Positions 53,990 to 64,000 of a stretch of 64,000 bases of DNA are shown here, one piece after another. This DNA is from Betaproteobacteria bacterium. GTDB taxonomy: Bacteria > Pseudomonadota > Gammaproteobacteria > Burkholderiales > Burkholderiaceae_C. The notes beneath the pieces are model-generated. The model was not told the origin of the DNA. It did not search any database and saw nothing but the letters and a program-made list of their open reading frames with translations. Both the position numbers and the translations under genes were made by a program. Each line of letters opens with the position of its first letter. Within the stretch, counting starts at the first letter, position 1. Location: contig JANLPN010000392.1 in the NCBI GenBank assembly GCA_031367285.1, positions 197-64,196 on the forward strand, in the 5' to 3' direction.

Positions 53990-56900
53990 TCATGCGCGGT
54001 CCGGACCGTGCGGATTTTCCGGCAGCAGGCGCAGTGCGGCGTCAAATTCGTAGTTGGCGAGTGCCTTCGCAACACGCTGTGCCACGTGAAACGGCAGTTG
54101 CGCGTCAATCTCGGCTTGCCTGGATTTCCATAACTCCCTGGCGTCGTTGTCCCCTTGTTGCAGCAGCTCGCGCAGCTGGGGAAGCCAGTCGGAAAACCCG
54201 GCCGTTGTTGTGTCTTTACCCGGCGGCACGGTATCCCCTGCCCAGGCGGCGTCCGCAGGCGATCTGGCCGTATCGTCGCTACCGAAGTGTGAGCGCAGGG
54301 CGACGCTCAGGGCCAGGACGGCGGTTGCCGCATGGCCGAGTTTGCGGCGCGCCATGTCTATGTCCTTTTGTTGCAGGGCTTGTTCCAGTTCGGCGGCCAG
54401 CGGGTGGACCTGGTCGGCGCCCAGGGTCGCGCACAGGCCTCTCAAGGTGTGGGCCTGCCGGGCCGCATCGTTCCAGTTTTCCGCCGCCAGCAAGGCCTCC
54501 ATAGTCGCTGCAAAATCGCTGTAGTCGAGTGCAAACCGTTGCAGCAACTGCAGATAGAGCGCGGCTTTGCCGTTTGCGTGGCGCAGCCCGGCACGCACAT
54601 TCAAACCAGGGACTTCCGGCAGTGCCAGTCCCTCGCCGCTGTCCGGCGCGCCGGCTGCCGATGCCGTGGTGGGGCCGGGGCGAGCGTCCGCTCCGGCGAC
54701 TTTGAACCCGGCCAGCATGGCATACAGCAGCTCCGGGTCAATCGGCTTGCTGACATGGCCGTTCATGCCCAGCACCAGGCAACGCTGGCGTTCTTCCGCC
54801 ATGGCGTGGGCAGTCATGGCGAAGATGGGCAGTTGCACGTAACGCGCGTCAAGGCGCAACAGGCGCGTCGCTTCGTAGCCGTCCATCACCGGCATTTGCA
54901 GGTCCATCAGCACCACGGCGTAATGGGCCGGCGGGTGGGCGTGGATCAGATCAATCCCCTGCTGCCCGTTGTTGGCCACGTCCACGTGTACACCCCGGCT
55001 CTCCATGAGTTCTACGGCGAGCTGCTGGTTGATCGGGTTGTCTTCGACCAGCAACACCCGCAAACCGCCGAGATCACCGTCCATGCGCTCAGGCGGTGCG
55101 GACAGGGAATCTGCGATTTCATTGCCAGCCAGCGCCTTGACCAGCGCGCGCAGCGATTCCGGCAACACAGGTTTGGGCAGGAAATGCCGCGCTCCCAGTG
55201 TGTTGGCCGTGGCGTGCACGATCTCCGAGTCATATGCGGAGACGATGACCGGTAGGGGAGCCCCGATTCCCGTACGCTCCTGCAGCGCCTTCAACAGACC
55301 CGCTCCGTCAACACGCGGCATCACCCAATCAATCAGCAACAGGTCATAAGGCCGGCCGTCCTCCCGCGCACGGTCCACCATCACCAGGGCCGTATCACCG
55401 TCATCGGCCGAATCGACCCCGCCCGAGGGTGCGGTGCCAACACCCAAGGCACCCAGCAAATCGGCCAGCGCCAGGCGCGCATCCGGCTGGTCGTCCACGA
55501 CCAATACCCGCATGTTGTCCGCGCGCGGTAGCGGGGCCGAGGGTGGCGCGGGGGGCTGCGTCAAGGAAAAGCGGGCCGTGAAAATGAAACTGGAGCCGGC
55601 TGCCGGTACGCTCTCGACCCAGATCCGGCCGCCCATCAGTTCGACGATCCTCTTCGAAATTGCGAGGCCCAGACCGGTTCCGCCATAACGGCGCGTGGTG
55701 GAACCGTCAGCCTGGGTAAATTCCTGAAACAGCCGCCCAATCTGCTCCTGCGTCATGCCAATGCCGGTGTCGCGCACGGTAAAACGCAGCGTCAAGGCGT
55801 CGGCACGGCTCTCCTCGACGGCTACCAAAAGCTTGACATATCCGTGGTGCGTGAACTTCACGGCGTTGGACAGCAGGTTGGTGATGACCTGACCCAGGCG
55901 CAGCGCGTCTCCCATCAGGGCGCCGCTTTCTCCGAGCAGGCGCGACTCGGTCACGTCGAACAGCAGCTCGATGTCTTTCTCGTGGGCACGCTGGCGCAAC
56001 AGGGAGAGCGAATGACCCGCCACATCCTCGATCCGGAAACGGCCTTCCTCAAGATCGAGCTTGCCCGCCTCCACCTTGGAAAAATCAAGGATGTCGTTGA
56101 TGATGCCCAGCAGCGACTTGGCCGCTTCGTGGATCTTGTTGACGTAGTCGTGCTGGCGGGTATTGAGGTCGGTCTTCAAGGCCAGATAGGCCATGCCGAG
56201 AATGGCGTTCATCGGCGTGCGGATTTCATGGCTCATGTTGGCCAGGAACATCGACTTGGCGTGGGTTGCGTCCACGGCCTGTTTGCGGGCGATCTCCAGC
56301 TCTTTCTGCACCTCGAGACGGCGTCCAATGTCATCTTCTATCGCCTGTGCCATCGAGTCCACCGTACGGCCCAGCGCCGTCAATTCGTCGAACCCCCGCA
56401 GCTCCCCAGTGCGTGTTGCGTAGTCGCCGGCTGCCAGGCGATCCGCCCCCTTGCCCAGGCGGTGCACAGGCACCAGAACCCGCTGCCGGATGACACGCAG
56501 GGCAAGCACGGCCATCACAATGGTGGCCCCCATGCTCACCAGAGACAGCAAAATCCAGCGCTCCAGGGCATGACCCGCGGCCGCCACTTCGGCACTGGTG
56601 CGGCGGTCGGTCATGGCCACCAGGCCCGACACGGCCGTGGACAGGTCGGCCTTGAGGGTGTTGTAGGCTTCGCTGTAGACCAGCATGCTGGCAAAATCCA
56701 GCCGCGCCGGGCCGTCCGACACGAACTGCTCGGTCTCCGGGTTGTACAGCCCCTGGGTTGCCGCGAAGGCTTTCTGCTCGATTTGGTTCATTGCCGCGGT
56801 GGCGTCCAGAACACGTTTTAGCGCCAGCAGCTCCGGGTCGCTGAAGCCCTGCGATTTCATCAAGTCGGCAACCGAGCGCTTGACCCCATCCTTGGGGATG

Positions 56901-57235
56901 CCGTGTTTGATACGCCCGGCAATCACGTCGTCCCAATAGGACTTGGGATTGAAGTTGGCCGGGGCCGGTTTTTCACCCTGCCGTACGCTCAGAATGTCGT
57001 AGTAGTACAGCAGGTAACGGGATTCACCGGTGGCCGTGAAGGCCCGCACCAAGCGCGCCAGTTGTTCGGTTTCCTGGTGCAGTTCGTTGGCAAGCTCGAG
57101 GGCTCTCTGGCGGTGGTTCTGGGCCGCCACTACCGCATCGTAAGAGCGCGTGATCAGCACCAGGAACATGGCATTCGCGCCCAGCGCGAAAAGTACCAGT
57201 GCGAAAAACCAGGACGATACCTTGCGCAGCCGCAT
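53990..57235 (-). CDS. Hybrid sensor histidine kinase (TM-sensor-TM-HAMP-HisKA-HATPase-REC-REC-HPt)
   Basis: [33 protein letters not shown]; REC Asp in IDWVMP and MDLQMP; HPt AHTLRG. ATG at 57235. Confidence 0.94.
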   Translation of the reverse strand: MRLRKVSSWFFALVLFALGANAMFLVLITRSYDAVVAAQNHRQRALELANELHQETEQLARLVRAFTATGESRYLLYYYDILSVRQGEKPAPANFNPKSYWDDVIAGRIKHGIPKDGVKRSVADLMKSQGFSDPELLALKRVLDATAAMNQIEQKAFAATQGLYNPETEQFVSDGPARLDFASMLVYSEAYNTLKADLSTAVSGLVAMTDRRTSAEVAAAGHALERWILLSLVSMGATIVMAVLALRVIRQRVLVPVHRLGKGADRLAAGDYATRTGELRGFDELTALGRTVDSMAQAIEDDIGRRLEVQKELEIARKQAVDATHAKSMFLANMSHEIRTPMNAILGMAYLALKTDLNTRQHDYVNKIHEAAKSLLGIINDILDFSKVEAGKLDLEEGRFRIEDVAGHSLSLLRQRAHEKDIELLFDVTESRLLGESGALMGDALRLGQVITNLLSNAVKFTHHGYVKLLVAVEESRADALTLRFTVRDTGIGMTQEQIGRLFQEFTQADGSTTRRYGGTGLGLAISKRIVELMGGRIWVESVPAAGSSFIFTARFSLTQPPAPPSAPLPRADNMRVLVVDDQPDARLALADLLGALGVGTAPSGGVDSADDGDTALVMVDRAREDGRPYDLLLIDWVMPRVDGAGLLKALQERTGIGAPLPVIVSAYDSEIVHATANTLGARHFLPKPVLPESLRALVKALAGNEIADSLSAPPERMDGDLGGLRVLLVEDNPINQQLAVELMESRGVHVDVANNGQQGIDLIHAHPPAHYAVVLMDLQMPVMDGYEATRLLRLDARYVQLPIFAMTAHAMAEERQRCLVLGMNGHVSKPIDPELLYAMLAGFKVAGADARPGPTTASAAGAPDSGEGLALPEVPGLNVRAGLRHANGKAALYLQLLQRFALDYSDFAATMEALLAAENWNDAARQAHTLRGLCATLGADQVHPLAAELEQALQQKDIDMARRKLGHAATAVLALSVALRSHFGSDDTARSPADAAWAGDTVPPGKDTTTAGFSDWLPQLRELLQQGDNDARELWKSRQAEIDAQLPFHVAQRVAKALANYEFDAALRLLPENPHGPDRA

Positions 57236-57246
57236 GATCTGAATCG

Positions 57247-58419
57247 TCAGGCCGGGATGGCTGCCGTGCCTGGCGCGTCGAGATAACCGACTACCGCGTA
57301 GGTCGTTGTAGGGCGCCGGAACCCTTTTAGCTCGAGGTCTCCGATCAGCTTGGTGCTTGCGAATTCGGCCACACTGGTCTGTACCCGCTGCGAAATCAGG
57401 ATCTGCCCGCCGGCCGCCTCGCCGCACAGCCGCGCGGCCAGGTTGGTGACGGTTCCGATGGCACCGTAATCGCGGCGCCCTTCAAAGCCTATGGCGCCTA
57501 TGGTCGCGTAACCCTGCGCTATGCCGATGCCCATCGAAAGCGCATAACCGCGTTGGTGCCACCCTCGCTCCATGCTTGAAAAACGTTCCTGCATGACGAT
57601 GGCCATACGCACCGCCTTGCCCGCCGGGTCGCTTATCTGCAGCGGGTCATTGAAGAAAATCATGATGCCGTCACCGGCAAAGCGCTCCAGCGTACCGCCG
57701 TGCTCCATGACCAGACGGCCCATGGCTTCATGGTATTCGCCGATAACACCCATCACGTCCTCCGGGTCCGATGCCTCGTTAAACGCGGTAAAGCCGCGCA
57801 GGTCGAGAAACACGGCGGCGATTTCCCGGCGGTGGCTTTTCAGCGGGTCTTCGGCCGAACCCGATAACAGCAGGTCCACCACCGAGGGGGAAAAAAAGCG
57901 CTTCAGGCGCCCCAGCCGTTCGACCTGGCCGACACCGTCTGCCACGCGCTGTTCCAGGGTCCGGTTGAGCTCGGAGAGCTCGGACGCCTGCGCCTCCAGC
58001 TGGTCGACCATGCGTTGCAAAACACGCGCCTGTTCGGCCACCGCGAGGTGCGTCTTGATACGCGCCTTGACGATAGGCGGGCTGATGGGCTTGGTGACGT
58101 AGTCCACGCCACCCAGTTCCAGACCACGGGTTTCATCGTCCACCTCACTCATGGCCGTCACGAACACGACCGGGATGGCGCGCGTGGCCGGATTGGCCTT
58201 GAGCCGCTGGCACACCTCGTACCCGTTCAGGCCGGGCATCATGATGTCAAGCAGGATCAGGTCGGGCGGTGTTCCGGAAAACGCCAGTTCCAGTGCCTTT
58301 TCGCCACTGATGGCGACCTTGGTACGGTAGTCGGTTCTGAGAATTTCAACCAGCAGGTCCAGATTGGCGGGCGTATCGTCGACGATCAGAACGCTTTGCT
58401 TGTCGGGTAAGGTAGGCAC
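57247..58419 (-). CDS. Response regulator with class III nucleotide cyclase output domain
   Basis: REC (IVDD, LLDIMMP, KP), coiled linker, FLDLRGFT, RFAGDG, NLAARL. GTG start after AAGGGA; track start 58479 also possible. Confidence 0.92.
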   Translation of the reverse strand: MPTLPDKQSVLIVDDTPANLDLLVEILRTDYRTKVAISGEKALELAFSGTPPDLILLDIMMPGLNGYEVCQRLKANPATRAIPVVFVTAMSEVDDETRGLELGGVDYVTKPISPPIVKARIKTHLAVAEQARVLQRMVDQLEAQASELSELNRTLEQRVADGVGQVERLGRLKRFFSPSVVDLLLSGSAEDPLKSHRREIAAVFLDLRGFTAFNEASDPEDVMGVIGEYHEAMGRLVMEHGGTLERFAGDGIMIFFNDPLQISDPAGKAVRMAIVMQERFSSMERGWHQRGYALSMGIGIAQGYATIGAIGFEGRRDYGAIGTVTNLAARLCGEAAGGQILISQRVQTSVAEFASTKLIGDLELKGFRRPTTTYAVVGYLDAPGTAAIPA

Positions 58420-58520
58420 GGGATTCCCTTTAGCCACGATGCTTATGGCCTGTGAATTATGGAGTCTGCGCCCGTCCATGCCGTTGCGGGCACGGCGAAC
58501 GCTTTGCCCAGGCTACCGGG

Positions 58521-60644
58521 TCAAACAGGGAACTGCCGCACTTCGCTGGTCGGGTCGTCGTGCCGGTGGCGGCCGGCGCTACCGGTTGCTAGCGGGACGG
58601 ATGCCCCGGCACGCGCAAACAGCGGCAAGGTATACAGCGGCGCTGCCACGGTGTGTGTCTGGCCGGCTTCGAAGCGTTCGCCGGTATGGAAGTCAAACCA
58701 GGCGCCGGGTCCCAGGGGCAGGTAGACGGTGCGTGACGTGGCGCCGGCAAACACCACCGGCGCCACCAGCAGGGCGGCGCCCAGCATGAAGTCGTCGCCG
58801 TCCGCAAAACACAGGGGGTCGTCCGGGAAGTCGTAAAACGTGGGCCGGATGATGGGCTGGTGTTGCGCATGCGCGCGCTCGAACAACGACCACAGGTAGG
58901 GCATCAGCGTGTAACGCAGCCGGATCGCCGTGGCTACGTCAGCGGTTACCGTCGGGTGCAGCCAGGGCACGTTGTTGGTTCCGTCGGCTTTCCAGGAGTT
59001 CATCACCATGCGCGGGTTCAGGCAACAGGCCTGCACCCAGCGCAGGAACAGCTCCGGGTCGGGCGAGGGGCCGGCGAAACCGCCCACGTCGTGGCCCACG
59101 TTGAACATGCCGGACAGCGACATCTGCAGGCCGGTGCGGATGTTCCAGCGCAGGGTGTCCCAGCTGGTGGTGTTGTCGCCGGTCCAGGTCTGGGCGTAGC
59201 GTTGCAGGCCCGGCGGGCCGCCGCGCGTGACGCTGAACACCTCCTGGTCCGGCTTGTGTGCGGCCTGCGCCTCGAAACTTGCACGCGTCATCAGCAGGGC
59301 ATGCAGCGGACGCGCGCGGTGCATGGGCAAGGCCTCGCCAAAGCCGTGGCAACTGGCGCCATCGTCCATGACGGCGTATTCGTTGTTGTCGTTCCAGCCG
59401 GCGTTTATGCCGTAGTCCAGCACCTGCTCGCGCAGGCCCTTCTGCCACCAGGCCACGGCGGCGGGGTGGGTGAAGTCCAGGTGCGAGCCTACGCCGTCCC
59501 AGAACTGTTCGACCACCGGCTGGCCGCTGGTGGCGTCATGCACGAAGCCGCCTTGTGCCAGCACGTCGGGGTAGGCCGGGTGGTCGTCCAGCAGGCAGGG
59601 CTTGATATTGGCCACCAGCTGCATGCCGGCGGCCTGGAAGCGGGCATTAAGCGCCTTGGGGTCCGGGAACTTGCTGTTGTTCCAGGTAAACACATAACGC
59701 CGTTTGCCGCGCGATGAATAACCCGAGCCATAGTGGAACGAGGAACACGGGATGCCTTCGGATTCGATGCGGGTAATAAAGGCATCGAGCTGCGCTTGGG
59801 CGTCCGGCGCATCCGCCAGGCCCATGGCCGTCTGGGCAAAACCGAGTGTCCAGCGCGGTGGCAGGTGGGTGCCACCGATCAGGCGCGTGAACTGCGCAAT
59901 CACCTCGCCCGGCGTGGCGCCTGCCATCAGGTAGTAGTCCAGGTCGCCGTCGTCGATCTCGACGTAGCGGAACAACTCGTGGTAGTTGTCGTGTTCACAA
60001 CCCAGGTCGAAGGTACACGCCGAAAGCGTGTCGTAGTAGATGCCGTACCACTGGCCGGCGGCGGCGCGCGTAAGCACAAAAGGCCAGTGTTTGTAAAGCG
60101 GGTCGCCGCGCTGGGGGTCGTAGCCCAGCGAGTCCAGCGCCAAGGTGCGCAGGCGCCGGCCGTGCAGGTCGAGCGGGCCGGTCTTGTCGCCCAGGCCGTA
60201 ATAACGCTCCGCGCGATTGCGTTGCAGGTAATGCCGCACGGCACCGGTACGCGGACTCGCGAAATAGGCCGAAGTCGCGCGGTCGCTTGCCAGCGGGCGG
60301 CCCTGCCCGTCATGCCACGCCAGTGTCAACGGGTCCTTGCGCACCGTAAGCGACAGACTGTCGGTGCACAGACACACTTGCCCGTCGCGCTCGGTGAGCT
60401 GCGCGCTGGGGCGGCTGAAGCCGCTGGTGTCTTCGCGCCTTCTGCCGGACCAGGCTACGTCCTGGCCCGGCTGGGGGGCGATGGCCCAGGTGCGCGGTTC
60501 GCGAAAACCGTTGGCCGGTTTGTAGCGCACGCGAAACAGGCTGCTCTCCAGCACCTGAATATTGAAGCTGGCGCCACCGTCCAGCGACAGATCCACGCCG
60601 TGTTCGTGGGTGAGTGCGATGCGTACCGGCCCGAGGGTCTTCAT
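58521..60644 (-). CDS. Glycoside hydrolase family 31
   Basis: YYGLGDKTG, WNDNNE nucleophile motif, WTGDN acid/base, GHDVGGF, LRYTLMPYL. Confidence 0.92.
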   Translation of the reverse strand: MKTLGPVRIALTHEHGVDLSLDGGASFNIQVLESSLFRVRYKPANGFREPRTWAIAPQPGQDVAWSGRRREDTSGFSRPSAQLTERDGQVCLCTDSLSLTVRKDPLTLAWHDGQGRPLASDRATSAYFASPRTGAVRHYLQRNRAERYYGLGDKTGPLDLHGRRLRTLALDSLGYDPQRGDPLYKHWPFVLTRAAAGQWYGIYYDTLSACTFDLGCEHDNYHELFRYVEIDDGDLDYYLMAGATPGEVIAQFTRLIGGTHLPPRWTLGFAQTAMGLADAPDAQAQLDAFITRIESEGIPCSSFHYGSGYSSRGKRRYVFTWNNSKFPDPKALNARFQAAGMQLVANIKPCLLDDHPAYPDVLAQGGFVHDATSGQPVVEQFWDGVGSHLDFTHPAAVAWWQKGLREQVLDYGINAGWNDNNEYAVMDDGASCHGFGEALPMHRARPLHALLMTRASFEAQAAHKPDQEVFSVTRGGPPGLQRYAQTWTGDNTTSWDTLRWNIRTGLQMSLSGMFNVGHDVGGFAGPSPDPELFLRWVQACCLNPRMVMNSWKADGTNNVPWLHPTVTADVATAIRLRYTLMPYLWSLFERAHAQHQPIIRPTFYDFPDDPLCFADGDDFMLGAALLVAPVVFAGATSRTVYLPLGPGAWFDFHTGERFEAGQTHTVAAPLYTLPLFARAGASVPLATGSAGRHRHDDPTSEVRQFPV

Positions 60645-60648
60645 CGGC

Positions 60649-61671
60649 CTACAGCCTGCGGCCGTCTTTGTCAAAGCAGTGCAGATGTTCACGCGGCAAG
60701 GCCAGGCGCACCGTGTCGCCACCCGTGATGGTGGTCTGCCCGCCGCAGACCATCTCGAACGGCGTGTCGCCACCCACGCTGCCGTGCAGCAGGCTGGTGG
60801 AGCCGAGCTGCTCGACCGAAGCGACCTGCATCGCAATCGGGCCGTCGATGGCGCCGAACACCGCGTGTTCGGGCCGCAGGCCTATCGTATGCGTGCCCTG
60901 CGGCAGCAGCACCGCGCCTTGTTGCGGCGGCAACAGGGCGATGGGCAGGAAGTTCATGCGCGGGCTGCCGATGAACCCGGCCACAAAGGTATTTACGGGG
61001 CGGTTGTACAGCTCCAGCGGCGCACCGACCTGCTCTATCCGCCCGCCGCGCAGCACCACGATTTTGTCGGCCATGGTCATGGCTTCGACCTGGTCGTGCG
61101 TGACGTAGACCATGGTCGCTTGGAGCCGTGCGTGCAGCTCGCGGATTTCGGCGCGCATCGACACACGCAACTCGGCATCCAGGTTGGACAGGGGTTCGTC
61201 GAACAGGAACAGCTTGGGTTCGCGCACAATGGCCCGGCCGATCGCCACGCGCTGGCGCTGGCCGCCCGAGAGCTGGGTCGGCTTGCGCTGCAACAGCTCA
61301 CCCAGGCGCAGCAGCGTGGCCGCGGCGCCGACCTTGGCTTCGATCTGGGCCTTGGGCATCCCGAGGTTCTCCAGACCGAACGCCATGTTGTCGTACACAC
61401 TCATGTGCGGGTACAGGGCATACGACTGGAACACCATGGCGCAGCCGCGGTGGGCGGCCGACACGGTGTTGACGTTCTGGCCGTCGATAAGAATGTCGCC
61501 GCTGCTCGGCGCTTCGAGCCCCGCGATCACGCGCAGCAGCGTTGACTTGCCACAACCCGAAGGCCCGACAAACACCACGAACTCGCCGTCCGTGACCGAC
61601 AGGTCGATGCCATGCAAGATGGTGGTGCGATCGAAAGTCTTGACGACCTTGGATAGTTCAAGAGTGGCCAC
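60649..61671 (-). CDS. Sugar ABC transporter ATP-binding protein (MalK/UgpC type)
   Basis: GPSGCGKST, LSGGQRQRVAIGRA, DEPLSNLDA, YVTHDQVEA. Confidence 0.96.
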   Translation of the reverse strand: MATLELSKVVKTFDRTTILHGIDLSVTDGEFVVFVGPSGCGKSTLLRVIAGLEAPSSGDILIDGQNVNTVSAAHRGCAMVFQSYALYPHMSVYDNMAFGLENLGMPKAQIEAKVGAAATLLRLGELLQRKPTQLSGGQRQRVAIGRAIVREPKLFLFDEPLSNLDAELRVSMRAEIRELHARLQATMVYVTHDQVEAMTMADKIVVLRGGRIEQVGAPLELYNRPVNTFVAGFIGSPRMNFLPIALLPPQQGAVLLPQGTHTIGLRPEHAVFGAIDGPIAMQVASVEQLGSTSLLHGSVGGDTPFEMVCGGQTTITGGDTVRLALPREHLHCFDKDGRRL

Positions 61672-61680
61672 GCGTGTCCT

Positions 61681-62730
61681 TCATTTGACGCCGGCACTGG
61701 CAATGCCGGTGGTGATGTATTTCTGCAGGAACGCAAACACCAGTGTGATCGGAATCAGCGTGATGACGGTCATGGCCAGCAGGTAGTGCCACTGCGTATT
61801 TAGCTCACCCTGGAACGAGTTGAGCGCCAGTTGCAGGGTAAAAAATTCGGACTTGGACAACACGATCAAGGGCAGCAGAAAATCGTTCCAGCGCCACATG
61901 ACCGAAAAGATGGCCAGCACGGCCAGGGCCGGAGCCGCCAGCGGCAGGATGATCTTCCAGTAGATACGCCACTCGCTGGCATGGTCCATACGCGCGGCCT
62001 CCAGCAATTCGTCGGGAATGGTGAGCATGTACTGGCGCAGCAGGAACACGCCCGTCGGTGTGGCAATGGCCGGCAGGATCACGCCCCACAGGCTGTTGAG
62101 CAGGCCCACGCTGTTGATGACCAGGAACACCGGCACCAGGATGATGGTGGGCGGAATCATGAGCGTGGCGATGATCAGCAGGAACACGGCCTTCTGGCCG
62201 CGGAACTGGTACTTGGACAAGGCAAACGCGGCCATTGAATTTATCAGCAGCGTGAGCAGGGTGGCCACCACGGTGATGAATACGCTGTTCCACAAATATT
62301 TGCCAAAGCTGAACTTGCCGAACAGATCGGTGTAGTTGCCGGGGGCGAACTTGAGCTCGTTGATGGGTTTGCGGTCGTTGATGTTGACGCGTATTTCGGT
62401 CGAGGGGTTGGCCGGGTCCACCATGGTGGCCATGATGCCGATGCGCCGCACCTGCGCCATCTCGCGCGTATTGCCCTGCCCGTCTTTGGTGCTGAACAGC
62501 GGCAATGGCTTCTCGTGGCCGGCGACCAGCACCGACTTCTGGCTGTAGGGCAGGAACGAGGGCGGGAACTGGCTGATGGCGCTTTCGGTCTTGAGCGAAG
62601 ACATTACCAGCCACAGGATGGGCGCAAACATCGTAAACAGGCCCACACACAGGTAAACGTAGCTGAGCCAGTCGGTCCAGTCGAGCCGGTTGTGGCCCCG
62701 TGTCCGGGTAAGGAAGGTAGCCGCCGACAT
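61681..62730 (-). CDS. Carbohydrate ABC transporter permease with large periplasmic insert
   Basis: EAA loop ELLEAARMDHAS, WRWNDF; about 70-aa soluble insert after TM1. Confidence 0.93.
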   Translation of the reverse strand: MSAATFLTRTRGHNRLDWTDWLSYVYLCVGLFTMFAPILWLVMSSLKTESAISQFPPSFLPYSQKSVLVAGHEKPLPLFSTKDGQGNTREMAQVRRIGIMATMVDPANPSTEIRVNINDRKPINELKFAPGNYTDLFGKFSFGKYLWNSVFITVVATLLTLLINSMAAFALSKYQFRGQKAVFLLIIATLMIPPTIILVPVFLVINSVGLLNSLWGVILPAIATPTGVFLLRQYMLTIPDELLEAARMDHASEWRIYWKIILPLAAPALAVLAIFSVMWRWNDFLLPLIVLSKSEFFTLQLALNSFQGELNTQWHYLLAMTVITLIPITLVFAFLQKYITTGIASAGVK

Positions 62731-62734
62731 TGCC

Positions 62735-63715
62735 TTACCTCGCCTTCTTGCCCGCATCGCTGGCGCGTGTGAGCTTGAGTTGTGCGAACGTGAGCAGCAT
62801 CAGGCCCAGCGCCAGCACCAGAGACGCCGCCGCCGCCAGGCCATACAGATGGATCTGCTCCGCAAAACCGGTCTGGTAGATGAACTGCACGATGAACGTG
62901 GTGGCCGAGCCGGGGCCGCCACCGGTCAGCACAAATACTTCGTCAAAGATCTGCACGGCGCGGATCATGGCCAGCACCAGCACCACGATCAGGTTGGGCA
63001 TCAGCAAGGGCAGCGTGATGCGGCGCAGCGTGCGCCACGGCGAGGCAGCGTCCATCTCGGCGGCCTCGTACATGTCTTTGGGTATGGCCTGCAGGCCGGC
63101 CAGCAGGATCAAGGTGTAGAAACCCATGTGGGCCCAGATCGATACGAAGATAGTCCAGAAAAAAGCCCAGCTGGCGTTGGTGAGCCAGTCCACCGGTGCG
63201 GCGCCGGCCGCCACCAGTCCGGCGTTGAAAACCCCCTGGCTTTGCAACAGCCATTTCCAGATCAGCGCCACCACCACCGGCGACAGCAGCACGGGATAGA
63301 AGAACACACCGCGCCAGAAGCCGCGCCCGATGATCTTGCGGTTCAACACCAGCGCGGTCAGCAGCGACAGCAGCACCATCAGCACCACCTGGATCAGGCT
63401 GAACTTGACGGTATTCAAAATGGCGCGCCAGAACACGTCCTTGCGGCAGGTCTGGATGTCGAAATAGTCGCGGCATTCGAGCAGGATGCCGAAGTTCTCG
63501 CCGCCCGTAAACGGCCGCTTCAAGGGCAACAACTCCACGCCGCCGGTGGTGGCGTAGACCAGGTTGATCAGGATGGGCAAAAAAGTGAACAGCCCGAACA
63601 CCAGCAGGTTCGGGCCGACAAACATCCAGCCGATACGGGACAGGCCGAGCCGGCGTTGACCGGCCCGGAACAGCGGCTCAAACAGGTTGAAGAAAAGGCC
63701 GGGCAGGCGCGACAC
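62735..63715 (-). CDS. Carbohydrate ABC transporter permease
   Basis: LAGLQAIPKDMYEAAEMD, LTGGGPG. Confidence 0.94.
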   Translation of the reverse strand: MSRLPGLFFNLFEPLFRAGQRRLGLSRIGWMFVGPNLLVFGLFTFLPILINLVYATTGGVELLPLKRPFTGGENFGILLECRDYFDIQTCRKDVFWRAILNTVKFSLIQVVLMVLLSLLTALVLNRKIIGRGFWRGVFFYPVLLSPVVVALIWKWLLQSQGVFNAGLVAAGAAPVDWLTNASWAFFWTIFVSIWAHMGFYTLILLAGLQAIPKDMYEAAEMDAASPWRTLRRITLPLLMPNLIVVLVLAMIRAVQIFDEVFVLTGGGPGSATTFIVQFIYQTGFAEQIHLYGLAAAASLVLALGLMLLTFAQLKLTRASDAGKKAR

Positions 63716-63731
63716 GGCTGCTCCGGCTGGC

Positions 63732-64000
63732 TTACTTCTGCGCCTGCTTGACCGCGTCGGCCATGTCGGCCGCGATCTTGGTCATGGCCTCATCGGTGCT
63801 CATCTCGCCCACGATGGCCTGCGTGACGCGCGTGACCGTGGGAGCCATCATGGCGCGGTTGAACTTGTAGCCCTGGAACTGGTAGGCCACGGGCGCAAGG
63901 CTGGCAACACCGCCGCTGAACACTCCCAGTGCCGCGCGGGCTGCCGGCGTGGCGGTCGGGTAGGGCACGCCCTTTTTGGCCAGACCGGCATGGGCCGGAA
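63732..64000 (-). CDS. Sugar ABC substrate-binding protein, C-terminal part (5' end outside window)
   Basis: Open frame to the window edge: PAHAGLAKKGVPY...GEMSTDEAMTKIAADMADAVKQAQK*, directly upstream of the permeases. Confidence 0.85.
   Translation of the reverse strand, partial: PAHAGLAKKGVPYPTATPAARAALGVFSGGVASLAPVAYQFQGYKFNRAMMAPTVTRVTQAIVGEMSTDEAMTKIAADMADAVKQAQK

Noticed and set aside
57247-58419. Cyclase as an anti-phage (Pycsar/CBASS-like) component
   Set aside because: It has a receiver domain and a cognate hybrid kinase, and no TIR, nuclease or cNMP-gated effector is adjacent.
58521-60644. GH31 as a sulfoquinovosidase
   Set aside because: The nucleophile motif is WNDNNE rather than the WMADFGE type, and no sulfoglycolysis genes are in view.
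1-64000. tRNA, rRNA, CRISPR array, IS/integrase or prophage
   Set aside because: None recognised by eye. The repeats found are short VNTRs or gene remnants without spacers or terminal inverted repeats. A covariance-model scan was not possible.

Overview
GC-rich bacterial DNA. A Burkholderiales/Comamonadaceae-like origin is inferred from four orphan Bug/TctC genes and the gene styles. I saw no rRNA, tRNA, IS/integrase or CRISPR array. Four blocks: (1) 1-3.3 kb, Tat-exported family-5 ABC binding protein divergent from a DapA-family enzyme and a FadR-type regulator with three operator-like sites. (2) About 3.4-52 kb, a large catabolic island: two type I Baeyer-Villiger monooxygenases, a DKCMO-like LLM monooxygenase, FMO, esterases/lactonase, several CoA-activation enzymes, ACAD, ECH, Cys-less thiolase plus DUF35, an LvaAB-like kinase pair, an IorAB-like molybdoenzyme, an MHETase-like tannase-family lipoprotein, and a YncD/PqqU-like receptor with a PQQ dehydrogenase and cytochrome c4. 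A recurring TATACT-N4-AGTATA palindrome probably links these operons through two KstR2/PaaR-like TetR paralogs, and at least four deletion remnants are present. (3) 52-58.4 kb, a minus-strand module of REC-class III cyclase, hybrid histidine kinase with HPt, porin and a half-size periplasmic binding protein. (4) 58.5-64 kb, a GH31 glycosidase with a sugar ABC transporter. All family calls come from motifs read by eye and recalled reference sequences. No database searches were run, and substrates are inferences.
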